Of a stretch of 64,000 nucleotides of DNA, positions 51,643-63,496 are shown piece by piece. Location: positions 32,001 through 96,000 of the forward strand of contig CAWJZV010000024.1 in assembly GCA_963847445.1 (NCBI GenBank), written 5' to 3'. The first letter of the stretch is position 1; each line of letters starts with the position of its first letter. The translations under genes were made by a program, and so were the position numbers. Source of the DNA: an uncultured delta proteobacterium (GTDB lineage: Bacteria > Desulfobacterota > Binatia > UBA9968). The notes beneath the pieces are model-generated. The model did not search any database, was not told where the DNA came from, and saw nothing but the letters and a program-made list of their open reading frames with translations.

Positions 51643-51870
51643 TTCACCACGAAGGCACGAAGGACACGAAGGTTCGGATAGAATAAGGGCGGGTTTAAAA
51701 CCCGCCCCTACGAAAACCTCGTGCTCTTCATGTCATTCGTGGTGATCTGCCCTTTCCGATTTTTGCGTTCTTTGCGCCCTTTGCGGTCAATTATCCGATT
51801 CCGAATCTTTCTTTCGGTTGAGGTACCGGTCTTCCGTTTGCGAACTTTGCGTTCTTTGCGGCCAATCTTC
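51643..51870. repeat. CACGAAG repeat (empty site) with REP and CTTTGCG units
   Basis: ttcaccacgaaggcacgaaggacacgaagg...gggcgggtttaaaacccgcccc...ctcgtgctcttcatgtcattcgtggtga; ctttgcgttctttgcggccaatc. Confidence 0.75.
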
Positions 51871-51877
51871 AGGTGCT

Positions 51878-52890
51878 CTACTTCGCCGGATAGCGCTTGG
51901 CCATTTCGTTGAAGAAGCCTTCCTTTTCCAGCTCCTGCAAGAAGCTCAGGTCGACGAACTGTTCCGGTTTCGCCGTCTTGGCCTGGGGCATCTGCGGCGC
52001 CAGGCGGTCGAGCAGAAACTGCAAACCCTTCAGCGTCGGGTAAGGTTTCTTTGGCGTCGTGGTGACGTAAGCTTGGTAAGAAGTCTCCAGCACCTCGGCA
52101 TCGTTGGTGCGCATGTATTTGCCGAAGACTTTGAGCGCGCCGGCTTTATTATAAAATATCGAGTGAATGCCTTCGATGTAGCCTTTGAGCGCCGACTTGA
52201 CGACGTCGCGGTTGCTCTTGATATAAGCCCGCGTCGTCGCCATGCCGTTGCCTTGGACTTCGACTTTAAGATCGGGAATTCGTCACCAACTCGACCAGCC
52301 CCATGCGCTTGGCGATGGGCAACGTCGAAGAGTTAAAGACCCCGGCATCGATCTTATTCGCCGACATGGCGGCGATACGCTCCGCGTCGGGACCGCCGGG
52401 AATGAGCTGCCAATCCTTGTCAGGGTCGAGCTTGAGATGATTCGCCAGAATGATCGCGGCAAAATGCGTCGCCGCGCCGTAGCCGCTGATGCCGATGCGT
52501 TTTCCTTTCAGTTGTTCGAGACGGGTAATTTCCGGGCGGGCGAAAACGGTCGAATCGTAGTAAATCTCCACGCCGCCGATCAGCACCAGATCATGGCCGG
52601 CCAACGACGCTTGGACCACCTGGCCGATGCTCATGAGCGGCGGATCGCCGCTCGCCAGGGCTTGAATCGCCATCTGCCCGCCACGGAGAAAAATCGGCTC
52701 GACATCGAGCCCGTACTTTTTGAAAAACCCCTCGTCCTTCGCCACCCAAATATGGCCCTGGCGAAAACCCGAGGGAGGGATAACCGAAGCGAACTTTTTT
52801 CAGCTCTTGGGCAACGACGGCTGCCGCCATGCTCAATTGAAGACCGAGAATCAAAGCAACAATGAAAAGCTTTTTACCATTCGGTTCCAT
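51878..52890 (-). CDS. NMT1/SsuA-like SBP (frameshifts near 52770 and 52270)
   Basis: AKDEGFFKKYGLDVE, QLKGKRIGIS, KPYPTLKGL, VDLSFLQELEKEGFF. Confidence 0.83.
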
Positions 52891-53030
52891 CACCGACTCC
52901 TCCGCAAACCTCAACTATTCACTGCTCCGTCGCATGTGAATGCTAACATTGCGCCCCTCTTGCCTCGCCCGCATCGCGGGCTGGAGCGATGCGTCGAAGG
53001 CTCTGTGACGCGTCCAATCATCAAGCTCTT

Positions 53031-54058
53031 CTAATAGTCCAAAAATCTCCCGGAACTCTTTGATCGATGGCGTTGAACTGGGCGCCGGTTTCCACCGGAT
53101 TGGTGACCAGTTTCAATTTCGATTGCTCCATGCGCGGCGAGAACGGTTCGATATCCGGCCGCGCCGGGATGCGCCGCAGCGTGCGCAAGCCGCTGCTGGG
53201 CCGGTCTCGACAAGAGAAAGTCGACGAACAAGCGGGCGACGTTGGGATGTTGCGGTTTGTTGCTGATTCCCGCCGAGTTGAGGGTGACCACCAAGGGGTT
53301 CACCGTATTCACCCACTCGATCGGCGCGCCGCGGGTTTTCATCTCTTCGGTGCGGTGCGCATAGACCACGCCGAGCGGGAACTCGCCGGCGGACATCAGC
53401 TGGGCGATCAAGGTATGCCCCTTGCGCCATTGAATGTCCTGTTTAGCGATCGCCCGCATATATTTCTGCGCCCGTTCGCGCCCCCAGGCTTTGTGCAGAG
53501 TGCCGAACCAGGAGTACTGCTCTTGGTCGATGGAAATCTTACCTTTCCATTTCGCATCGAGCAGATCTTCCCACTGCTTGGGCGCTTCCTTCTCGCTCAC
53601 CAGTTTGGTGTTGTAGCCGATGGTCGCGTAGTTGACATAGACGGCGGTCCAATAACCGTTGGCATCTTTGAATTCCGGAATATAACGTCCTGGCTTCCGG
53701 CGAACGGTAAGTCATGAGCAACTTGGCATCGGTGAGCGCATCCACTTCGCTGATCGTCACGACATCGAAATCCCAGCGGCCGGCCCGGCCTTCGGTGACG
53801 ATCCGGTTCAGCGTCTTCTCGCCGCTGGCGCGAATGATCTCGCCTTTGATGCCGTAGGCCTTTTCGAAATCGTCGAGCAGCGGTTTCGACTCGGTGATGT
53901 TAGTCGACGTGTACCAAACCAGTTTGCCTTCCTTCTTCGCCGCCTCGACCATCTTCGCGCGCTCGTCGCTCTGGCTCCACGCCAAGCTCGCCGCATACCA
54001 ACAGGATAATTGCCGCTAGGCCGATCTGCAAAAACCTGCTGCCAGTTACTGTCATCAT
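53031..54058 (-). CDS. Extracellular solute-binding protein (Fe3+/polyamine-type), several frameshifts
   Basis: AAKKEGKLVWYTS, PKQWEDLLDAKWKG, LMSAGEF, GAPIEW, HPNVARLFVDF. Confidence 0.8.
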
Positions 54059-54254
54059 ATATTCTCCCTTCCTTAGATGGTTCGCCGATTTGCGCCCACT
54101 GGCGCAAGCTGCGGCGAAGTATAAGGCAAGGATTGCGAAGTCAATTTGGTCAGTGGCAGGGTTGCCAAAGCGACTTGGGTTAGAAACTTTCCGGGCGGCT
54201 CATGCCTGCAGCTTCAAATCCTGGCAAAATCAAGCGCGTGGCGACGACGCTGAT

Positions 54255-55241
54255 TCAGGATAGATAGCCCAGCTCGCGCCAGAAACGCCTCCGCCGCGGC
54301 GATGGAGCGGCACTTCAAGATGGCCTTCGGCGCTGTCGCGAACCATTTGCGCCATCGGCAGCGGCTCGGCTTTGGCCCAGGGAATCAGCGCTTTGCTTTC
54401 TTCCAGCGCACGGCAGAAGTCGCGCACCAAGCCATCGGGCGTGGAGGCGAGGGTGTAGATCGGCCAGCCGCTGAAATCGAGAGTCGGCACATCGGCGCTG
54501 AGTTTGGGAAAGCTCTTTTTTTCAATCAAGCCGCGCCGCAATCCGACCGCTTCCAAGCGTTGCAAAAGCGCTTCCGGCAACGACAGAAAATGTCATGCCC
54601 AAATCCAGGGCCATATTGCCCCAGGCGCTGGCGCCTTCATCGAAGATCGCGTCGATCTCGCCGCGATGCACCGCGCCGATGCGGTTCTGGCCATAGGGCA
54701 TGCCGGCGTCGAATTGCACCTCGCCGCCCCAGGAGACGATATCGTCGAGAGTAAAGCCGGCGGCGGCGCAGACATGGTTGATGATGACCTGCAAGGAGTG
54801 GTCGGGCTGGCCGCGCAGCGAAAGCTTGAGGGGAAACTTGCGGTCGCGAATGTCGGCGATCGATCTCAAACCGGTCGCTTGTTTGACGGCGAAGACCATT
54901 TGATCCAACGCCGGCAGCACGGCGATGATTCGCAGCGGAATCGGCGCTCTGAACGGCGCGCTGCCCAGAGCCGCCAGTTTGAGAATCATGCCCGGATTGA
55001 TCATGGCGAATTGGACCTTGCCCGCGGCCACTTCATGGATCGTCGCCGGGCTGTCGCTGCCGAACAGAGTCAGCGGCCAGTCGTCCGACCCTTGCTCGCG
55101 CAAACTGACGCGCGCCTGGAGCAGCGGCCAATCGCGCCGGTTGACCAGCGCCGAAGCGACCTCCAGCATCAAGCGCGAGCGCGTCGTATGCGGATGGGTC
55201 AGCATCCGCGTCGGCTTCAAAGTAAATTCGTTATCGCTCAT
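54255..55241 (-). CDS. TAXI-type TRAP solute-binding-like protein (frameshifts near 54590 and 54295)
   Basis: PLRIIAVLP..DQMVFAV, GLRSIADI, GEIDAIFDE, DVPTLDFSGWP, VPLH..A..FWRELGYL. Confidence 0.65.
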
Positions 55242-55271
55242 ATGGGTTCTACCAAGACTCGGAGATTCCTC

Positions 55272-55460
55272 CCGCAAAGGCGCAAAGACGCCAAGTTCGG
55301 AATCGTTGTCATTTCGACCTCGCAATCGGCGACTCCGGAAGATCTCTCGCTAGATCCCTCGCCTCGCTCGGGATAACGGAGATCCCGTCACCTTTGCGCC
55401 TTCGCGCCTTTGCGGAAATAATCTGAATCTATTTTGCGGACTTTGCGTTCTTTGCGGCTA
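55272..55460. repeat. CGCAAAG/CTTTGCG-family repeat
   Basis: cgcaaaggcgcaaagacgccaagttcggaa...gtcatttcgacc...ctttgcgccttcgcgcctttgcgga. Confidence 0.75.
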
Positions 55461-55467
55461 ATTCCCG

Positions 55468-56490
55468 TCACTTCCCCTTCAACTCGCGATAGACTTCTCG
55501 CGCCAAGCTGAAATCCGCCACCCGCGAGATCGGCACGGATTGTTTGCTGTTGGAAAGTCTCAAACTTTCTTCGATGCCCATTTGCAGCGCCTGGTCCGAG
55601 GAGATGCCGTTGTCCGACCAAGTCTTGATCGTCAGTTCGAAGGCTTTCTCGGCCACCTCTCGTTCGAGTTTCCACTTCGACGCGATCAGCGCGATGGATT
55701 CCTGGCGCTGGGCGCGGGCATGGGCCATGCCGCGAAAAGCCACGGCGATCATTTTCTTAATCTGATCGGGCCGTTGTTGCAGCCAGCGGTCGGAAACGCC
55801 GTAGCCGCCGTTGATGCTCTCCAAAGTGTCGCCCATGAACGCCAGTCTTCTCAGCCCCGTGCGCTCGGCGTGGATATCCACCGGCGTCGTCAGCGTGGTG
55901 GCGTCCACCGCGCCGGCGCGCAGCGCCTGAAAGCGATCCGGAGTATTGCCGATGACCCGCAACGTCATCTCTTTGTCGGCATCGATGCCGGCATCTTTGA
56001 GCAAGCCGGCGCGACAAAAACGATTCTCCCGATGTCAGGGTCGCGACTCCCAACACTTTGCCTTTGAGCTCCTTGATCGAGCGAATATCCGGCACGCGAC
56101 ATCAAGGAAAACAACGGCCGGTCGTTGTAAACCATCACCAGCTTGACCGGCAGACCGCGCACCGCCGCGTTGAGCGTGGTGCCGGCGAAGATCACGTATT
56201 GAATGTCGCCCGAGATCAACGCCGTCACCGCGATGGTCGGCGGAATATTGATCAGCTCGACGTCGAGGCCGGCCTGCTCGAAGAAGCGGTTCTCCTTGGC
56301 GACGATCAATGGGAACGGAATCAGCCCGCCCACCGAGTAGCCGATGCGCACTCGCTCCAAGTCTCGGCGTCGCCGCGTCGGCAAGCGCCGGGACGCCGCA
56401 AAACAAGGCAAGAATCAGCAGTATGGATCGGACCGATCGATCTAATCCGGTTGATCCGTCCGATCCCATCTTAAAAAGATCCTTCATCAT
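55468..56490 (-). CDS. NMT1/SsuA-like SBP (several frameshifts)
   Basis: VAKENRFFEQAGLDVE, IKELKGKVLGV, RFQALRAGAVDA, ADFSLAREV. The start overlaps the upstream stop (TGATG). Confidence 0.8.
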
Positions 56491-57203
56491 CACGGCCACC
56501 GGTTTCGCTGCTGCGGCCGCTTGGCCCAGTAGTCTTCGAACGCTTTCGGCCCGGCGCGCTGGTAGACGCGCCGATGGGTCGCTTGATCGGCTTCGTGCGC
56601 CACCACCCGCTCGGAGTATTGCAAGTGCACCACTCGGCCAGCGGCAACGGCTTGTTCCGCCGCGACCATATCTTCCAGGAATTGGCGCAGCTCACGGTGA
56701 TTCGCCATGTTGCTGCGAAAAACCAACCGGCCGTCTTTGTGAATCACGAACAGCGCGTTGGGCCAAACGCCGTAGGCACGGTGAATCCGGCCATCGAGGT
56801 GATCGACGATGATCGGAAAATGAATATCCTCCAGCCGCTGCAACTCACGGGCATAGGAAAGTTTTTGCTCGAAGCTCCTGTGCGCGCCGTAATTCTCCGC
56901 CGGGTGCGACTCGCGCGTGTAAAGCAAGAAAAACGCCACGCCTTGGGCGGCGAAGTCAGTTTGCAGTCGGTTGAACTCCGGCACCTCGAAGGCGCACATC
57001 GGGCTGGTCACAGCGCCGGTCATCATCACCACATGACTGCGGCCGCGAAAGTCGCTCAGCCGGACGATCTTGCCGTCCAGCGCCGTCGCTTCGAACTCCG
57101 GCGCGGCGACACCGACCTGTGCCGGCAGAGTCTCGCCCGGATTGGTGACGCTCGCCCCGGCGGCGAATTCTGTTAGGTTATAAGCGCGTTCTTGTTCGTT
57201 CAT
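56490..57203 (-). CDS. Thioredoxin-fold AhpC/TSA / iodothyronine-deiodinase-like protein
   Basis: VGVAAPEF..LDG..VRLSDFRG, TGAVTSPMC, LYTRESHP, IHRAYGVWPN. Confidence 0.78.
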   Translation of the reverse strand: MNEQERAYNLTEFAAGASVTNPGETLPAQVGVAAPEFEATALDGKIVRLSDFRGRSHVVMMTGAVTSPMCAFEVPEFNRLQTDFAAQGVAFFLLYTRESHPAENYGAHRSFEQKLSYARELQRLEDIHFPIIVDHLDGRIHRAYGVWPNALFVIHKDGRLVFRSNMANHRELRQFLEDMVAAEQAVAAGRVVHLQYSERVVAHEADQATHRRVYQRAGPKAFEDYWAKRPQQRNRWP

Positions 57204-57218
57204 CGGCGCCGTCGACTT

Positions 57219-58236
57219 TCACCGGCTCTGCTCGCGGTACACGCCGATCGCTTCGTGCAGCGGCCGGTCGGTGGTGGAAAACAACACCGCGGGCGCGGCC
57301 GAAGTATTCTTGTGGCGGTGCCACGACCAGTTGGGCACGACGAAAAAGTCGCCCGCTTCCCAGACGAGCTTCTCGCCTTCCACCTCGCAGACGCCGCTGC
57401 CTTCCACTGCGTAGTAAAGTTGGTTCGAGGTATGGCGGTGCTCGGCGGTCTGTTGATTAGCGTCGAGCATTTGGATCCAGCAGGAAAAAGTCGGGAAAGT
57501 CGCACCGCCGGTGACCGGATTGCGATACTCCAGACAGCGGCCGTCGAATGGGCTGGCGCTGTCGGCGAGCATTTCCGCCAGCGCGCGCCGGGTCTCAGTC
57601 CATTTGTACACCAGCGATTTCAACGGCTGTCCGGGCGGCGCGAGCAAGCCGGGATTGCGCAGCGTGGTGTCCGCCGGGCTGTTGTAAAGCCGCACATCTT
57701 CGGCCGGATGGGGTTCCTGAAACATCGTCCGCAACATGCGCATCAGGCCCGAGTCCAGGCCGTCGATCCAGATCGCGTCGCGCTCGGTTTCATTGATGTG
57801 ATTATGCCAACCCCAGCTCGGCTGAATCACCAGGTCGCCGCGCTCCATGACACACTTCTCGCCGTTGGTGATGGTGTAGACGTTGGCGCCGCCGTCGATG
57901 ACGAAGCGCATGGCGGCGTTGGTATGGCGATGGGAGTAGACCGCTTCGCCGGCTTTGACCAGCTGCACCGCCAGGTTGAGCGTATGGCTGGTGCTCTCGT
58001 TCATGTTCGGATGAACCAGACTGATGGCCCGGCGCGCGCCTTTGTAGTTGGTCGTGATCAGTTGCCCGGCCGCTTCAAGACCGGCGCGAATCTTTGCCCA
58101 CTTCCAAAGAATCGGCTTGCCGAAGGGCGCCGGCTCGCGCCGAATCGATTCCTCGCGCGCCCACAGGCCGCGCAAATTATCCTTCGCCAGTTCGTCGTCG
58201 AGATTTTTCAGATCGTTGGATTTGCGCTGTAGTCAC
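57219..58236 (-). CDS. Gentisate 1,2-dioxygenase-like bicupin (frameshift near 58224)
   Basis: RBS AAGGAG before GTG; HRHTNAAMRF, PSWGWHNH, EYRNPVTGG, HRHTSNQLY, VPNWSWHRH. Confidence 0.86.
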
Positions 58237-58366
58237 AATCGCTCCTTGGTTCACCGAAACTCATGAACCGTCTACGAAGCATCTCGATGCGACCACCCAG
58301 TATCGACAGAACATGCAGCGGCGCGCCGATTGTTGGGTCATTTCGACCGCAGGGAGAAATCTGCTC

Positions 58367-59558
58367 TTAGCCATCGGCCAAGTGAAAATACTTCACCGCG
58401 TTGCCCACGGTCATTTTCCAGATCTCGTCTTCGCCGACGCCGGCGAAGTTTTCCGCGAGCACGCGGCGCGAGTTGGGCCAGTCCGATTCGAGATGGGGAA
58501 AGTCGCTGGCCCACATCACTTTGTCCACGCCCAACTCCTGGCGCGCGATGCGCACGCCGATGGGATTGCGATTGAAACCCCAGTGGACATACTCGCGGCC
58601 ATACTCGCTGGGCATGCGTTTCAAACGCGGCAAACCGAGCACGCGCTCGGCCCAATATTGCTGGCGGCCATATTCATTGTCCATCTGGTCGAGCCAATTG
58701 GGCACCCAGCCGATCTGCACTTCGGCGACATAAATATTCAGCTTCGGGAAACGATCGAACACGCCGCCCCAGATCATCTGGACGACTTGTTTACTGCCGC
58801 GAAAACCATATTTGTTGAATCGCTCGATCACGTCCGGCACATGGTGTTCGGGATCGGTTTGCTTGGCGTACTTGAATGCAGGCGCCGCCACCGCCGGCTG
58901 GCCGCGGCCGCGGCGCGGAAAACCGAACTCGACGTGAATCGTCAGCGCCATTTGTAGATCGACCACCGCGGCCCAGAAGGGATCGTCCGCCGGCCGTCGG
59001 CTGGCGGTTGCCGGCGGGAAAGTTGTCGATCGCCACCGCCTTGAGACCGATGCGCTTGCAGTGCTGCAACTCGGCGACGGCATCGCCGATGTTGGTGATC
59101 GGAATCACGCCGACGCCGATCAAGCGCTCAGGGGAAAAGGAGCAATACTCCTCGGCGAGCCAATCGTTGTAGGCGCGCACCACCGACTTGTAGGCATCGT
59201 CGTTGCGAATGCCGCGCCAGAAGCCGGGACCGACGTTGCCGGGAAACAACACTTCGGCGTCGACACCGTCCTGGTCCTGCTCGCGCAAACGCTGCTCGGG
59301 CGAGCCGGTGCCGGGGGAGCTTTCATAATTTTCACCGGGAAGCGGATCGAAGGGGCGCCGTTCTTCATAGGGCAGGCCGCAGGAGATGTTGGAGATCAAA
59401 CGCTCCAACGGCTGGCCTTCCTGCAGCACCGCCAGAGTGCCGTCTTCGAGAGTGATCACCTTGGGCGCGCGGTCGCGAAACTTCTCCGGCACACGCTTGG
59501 CGTAACGGTCGGGACGTATTTCTAGGTGGGAGTCGGCGGAAATGCAGTGATACTTCAT
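58367..59558 (-). CDS. Amidohydrolase family protein (frameshift near 58990)
   Basis: ISADSHLE, DQDGVDAEVLFP, AYNDWLAEEYC, GVFDRFPKL, MWASDFPHLESDWP. Confidence 0.86.
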
Positions 59559-59819
59559 AAATCCTCGCGTCAGTCGGTCAGCGCCCGGATTACACCGGCG
59601 CACCGGGGTTGTCAACGTGCGCCGGCAAGGCGGCGACCGTAAATCTGTCATTTCGAGCGCAGCGAGAAATCTTTCTTGCTCACCGCAGCCGAGCCGAAAT
59701 CGAACTGACCTGACCCGGCAAATCCCCTGCCGGCCCTGCGACTTGAATTCCGCCGCGATTGGAGAGTATGTAATTTTTACTTCACCCGCGCGCGAAAGGA
59801 TTTGCCAATGTTGACCCCG

Positions 59820-60846
59820 ATGTTAACCATAGACGCCGACGCCCATGTCCTGGAGACCGAACAGACCTGGGAGTATATGGACGGAGCCGATAAGAAATAT
59901 CGGCCCAAACTCGTCGGCGCCACGGACGGAGACTCCAAGGACGAATACTGGCTGGTCGACGGCACGTTGCGCTTGAAGTCCGGCAACGTCGGCCGCAACA
60001 CGCCGCAGGCGTCGCGTGAGATGCGCGACGTGCCGACGCGCATCAGAACATATGGACGAGTTGGGCGTGCGCATTCAAGTGCTCTACCCGACGTTGTTTC
60101 TCATACCGCTCACGCCGCGCCCGGAAGTCGAGCTGGCGCTCTGCCGCAGCTACAATCGCTGGCTCGCCGATATCTGGAAGCAAGAACCAGAACGATTGCG
60201 CTGGGCCGCCGTCGTGCCGCTGATGTCGATGGAGCAAACCCTCGCCGAGGCGCGCTTCGCCAAGGAAAACGGCGCCTGCGCGATTTTCATGCGCGGCACC
60301 GAGGGCGACCGGCTGTTGAGCGATCCGTATTTCTTCCCGCTCTACGAAGAGGCCCAGCGCTTGGACATCGCCATCGGCGTCCACGCCGCCAACGGCAGCG
60401 CGACGCTGTATAACTATTATAAATACGAAAGCGTCGGCTTCTCTAAGTTCAAGCTCAATTGCGTCGGCGGCTTTCACTCCATGGTGATGGACCGCATCCC
60501 CGACCGCTTCCCCAAGCTGCGCATCGGTTTCTTGGAAATCAGCGCCGAGTGGCTGCCCTACACCTTCACCGATTTGAAAAAACGCTTCCGCCTGAAGAAT
60601 CAAGAACTCCATGCCGACTTCTTGAAGCACGACCGCATCTTCGTCGCCTGCGAGACCACCGACGATATTCCCTACATCGTCAGCAAGTTGGGCGAAGACA
60701 ATATCGTCATCGGCTCCGACTATGCCCACGCCGACAGCGCCACCGAGTTGATGGCGATCCACAATCTCAGCGCCGACCCGCGCCTGACGCCCGCGCTGGC
60801 GAAAAAGATCGTCAGCGATAACGCCAGGGCGCTGTACGGGCTGTAG
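59820..60846 (+). CDS. Amidohydrolase family protein (Amidohydro_2; frameshift near 60045)
   Basis: IDADAHVLE, QVLYPT, YNRWLAD, IGVH, RFPKLRIG, GSDYAHAD. Confidence 0.85.
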
Positions 60847-60920
60847 TAGAAGAAATGAAATCGGCAGATTGGCGCAATGAACCTAGCGCGGCACAGCCGC
60901 AACCAAATGGGAAAGAGTTT

Positions 60921-61190
60921 TTACCACGAAGTGAATCATGATCTTACGCACGCCCACAGATAATGAAAATACCGGAAGCCATTCCTTAGACTCGTCATGC
61001 CGGCGCAGGCCGGCATCTAGGGGCGGGAAGGGGATGGATAACGGCCTGCGCCGGTATGACGGAACAGAGAGTCGTTATCGATGCGCAGATCATCGCTGCA
61101 CGTGTATTTTCGAAGGAGCTCACGAAGGACACGAAGGGTTCGGAGAATTATTTCTCCGAACTTCGTGCTCTTCGTGTTCTTCTTGGTGAG
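60921..61190. mobile_element. Nested non-autonomous element (60932-61118) in a CACGAAG repeat
   Basis: Same ends and insertion point as 21759-21965; different REP-like interior. Confidence 0.65.
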
Positions 61191-61339
61191 ATGAATTTTT
61201 CCTATTGAGCGCGACTACTTACGGACACCGATCCGGAAAATTTGCGCAAGCTGCGCAAACTGTTAGGTATTGCAGTGCAGAGAACACAAAAAATGAATTC
61301 CGAAATTTAGGGACGGGATTAAAACCCGCCCTTTTCGGT

Positions 61340-61480
61340 TTGCGACGGTCAGGACCATTCTCGAAGGCATGGAGAAACTTCCTGGCGCCAAAGGCGCCGA
61401 TCCACGCGGTTTCGTCGACTTCACGATATTGGATGAGTTGGAGAAAGAAGGCTTCGTCAAAAATCTATACAAGAACTAAA
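61340..61480 (+). pseudogene. Orphan 3' end of an NMT1-like SBP
   Basis: ATVRTILEGMEKLPGAKGADPRGFVDFTILDELEKEGFVKNLYKN*, starting right after the REP gggacgggattaaaacccgccc. Confidence 0.72.
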
Positions 61481-61573
61481 TCTGCTTCGGTGGTCATTCC
61501 GAGGCGCAGCCGAGGTAGCTCGACCGCGAACTGCGACAAGCCAAGCCGCCTGGGCCAGTAAGGAGATAACATC

Positions 61574-62564
61574 ATGCGCAATTTTTTATATCGCGCGCCA
61601 TTCTCGCTCATCGCCGCGCTGCTGTGCGCCGGCTCTGCCTCTAGCCCAGACCATCAAAGTCCCCTACGTCTCGATCTCCGGCTTTCAAGCGCCGCTCTAT
61701 CTCGGCGAACGCGCCGGACTATTCAAGAAAAATCAGCTCGACGCCCAGTTGATCTACATGCCGGGCGGTTCGCTGATCGTGCAGACCTTGCTGTCCGGAG
61801 ATGTCGGCGTCGCCAGCCTCGCGCCGCCGTCCGCGGTAAGCGCCTGGGCCAAAGGCGCCGAGCTCGCCATCGTCGCCGGCGGCATCGAGCGGGTGCTGAA
61901 CGTGCTGATGGTCAATCCGAAAATAAAAAGAGTCGACGAACTCAAAGGCAAACGCGTGGCGATAAGCCGCTTTGGCTCGCTCTCAGATACCTCCCTGCGC
62001 GACGCGCTGGCCCACCACAAGCTCAAAACCCAGGATATTTCCATCGTCCAGATGGGCGGCCTGGGCGAACGCATGGTGGCGCTCACCTCCGGCATCGTCG
62101 ACGGCGCGGTGTTAAACGTCGACCAATTGTACCAAGCGGAGAAGCTGGGCTTTCACGTGCTCATCGACATGCGCAAGCTGCCGCTCAACTATTCGACCCA
62201 AGGCATCGTCGTCAGCCGCGAGTTTCTTCGCGTTCAGCGCGCCGTTGTCAAACGATTTTTAAGAGTTTATATCGAAGGCATCAAGATTTTTAAGACCGAT
62301 AAGGAATTTTCCATCGAAACTTTGGGCCGCTACATCAAGACCAACGACCGCGAAGTATTGGCCAAGACCTATGACTTCTACCGCGAGGCGTGGGAGAGCG
62401 TACCGACCGTCAGACGCGAAGGCATTCAGCAAGCGTTGGACAGCATCCCCGAAGGCAAGAATCCTAAGTTGAACCTCGATAGCCTGATCGACAATTCGCT
62501 GATCCAAGAACTGGACAAGGAAGATTTCCTGAAAGCGCTCTATCCCGAAGGGCTCAAGCGCTAA
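61574..62564 (+). CDS. NMT1/SsuA-like SBP (frameshift near 61645)
   Basis: GLFKKNQLD, ELKGKRVAISRFGSLSD, IDNSLIQELDKEDF. Confidence 0.83.
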
Positions 62565-62655
62565 CGCGGCACTAGGCGCCACCTCAGCACCATTTGACAG
62601 CGCACCGCTGCAAACGTTAATTGAATCTGGCAGCTCATCCACAGAGGAGAAATCC

Positions 62656-63492
62656 ATGCTCAAAACCATCGGCTTGATCGAGGGTCACTATGAATGTCGT
62701 TCGCTGGATGAAACCCTGCCGGTGTTCACCGACCTGCTGGCCATGGAGATCGTCGAGCGCAAAGCGGGTCAAGCCACGATCAAACATCCCAACACCGATT
62801 GGCGCCTGATCGTCCACGAAGGCGGCCCCGGCGCGCCGGAGAAAACCTTCGACAACCACTACGGCTTTCGCGTCGCCACGCACACTGAGGTCGAAGCCGC
62901 ATGGGAATATGTCGAAGCGCACAAAGACAAGTATCGCATCAGCAAGATTACCAAACCGCAGAGCGCCCACTTCGCCTACTCGATTTATTTCCACGAGCCC
63001 GGCGGCAATCATTTGGAGATCGAATATTACAATCCCGGCGGCGCGCTGCACGGGCGCTCGCATACGGCGGGCCATTGGGACAACACTTTGAACAGCGAGC
63101 GATTCCCTGGCCGCGGCTACGTGCCGCAGGCTTTTACCCACGGCACGCTGCAGTGCGACGACATCGAGCGCAGCCGGCGTTTTTACGTCGAAGTGCTCGG
63201 GCTGGAAATCGCCGCCGGTTTCAATACCGCCCAATACATCAAACATCCAGCGACGCCGTGGTATCTCGTCGTCCTGCAACGCAGCCCGCGTCAATACTTG
63301 GCGCCGGTCAATCGTTTCACCTTGCAACTCGGCACGGCGGCGGAAGTCGAACAGGCGCACCGCGAGTTTGTGTCGAATAAGAAGTCGCTGGGCCTAAACG
63401 AAATCACCGACATAGACCGCGCCGACGGCACAGTCAATTTCATCTTCAGCGATCTCGACAAAAATTGGTGGGAACTCACAGCCAATGGTTAA
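62656..63492 (+). CDS. Two-domain VOC (glyoxalase/extradiol dioxygenase) family protein
   Basis: GHYEC, HYGFRV, YFHEPGGNHLEIEY, HGTLQC...FYVEVLGLE, DLDKNWWE. Confidence 0.82.
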   Translation: MLKTIGLIEGHYECRSLDETLPVFTDLLAMEIVERKAGQATIKHPNTDWRLIVHEGGPGAPEKTFDNHYGFRVATHTEVEAAWEYVEAHKDKYRISKITKPQSAHFAYSIYFHEPGGNHLEIEYYNPGGALHGRSHTAGHWDNTLNSERFPGRGYVPQAFTHGTLQCDDIERSRRFYVEVLGLEIAAGFNTAQYIKHPATPWYLVVLQRSPRQYLAPVNRFTLQLGTAAEVEQAHREFVSNKKSLGLNEITDIDRADGTVNFIFSDLDKNWWELTANG

Positions 63493-63496
63493 CCCC

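Noticed and set aside
6036-62564. Programmed ribosomal frameshifting or phase variation in the many broken genes
   Set aside because: No consistent slippery or simple-sequence tracts at the breaks I examined, and the breaks hit unrelated families. Sequencing indels are more parsimonious.
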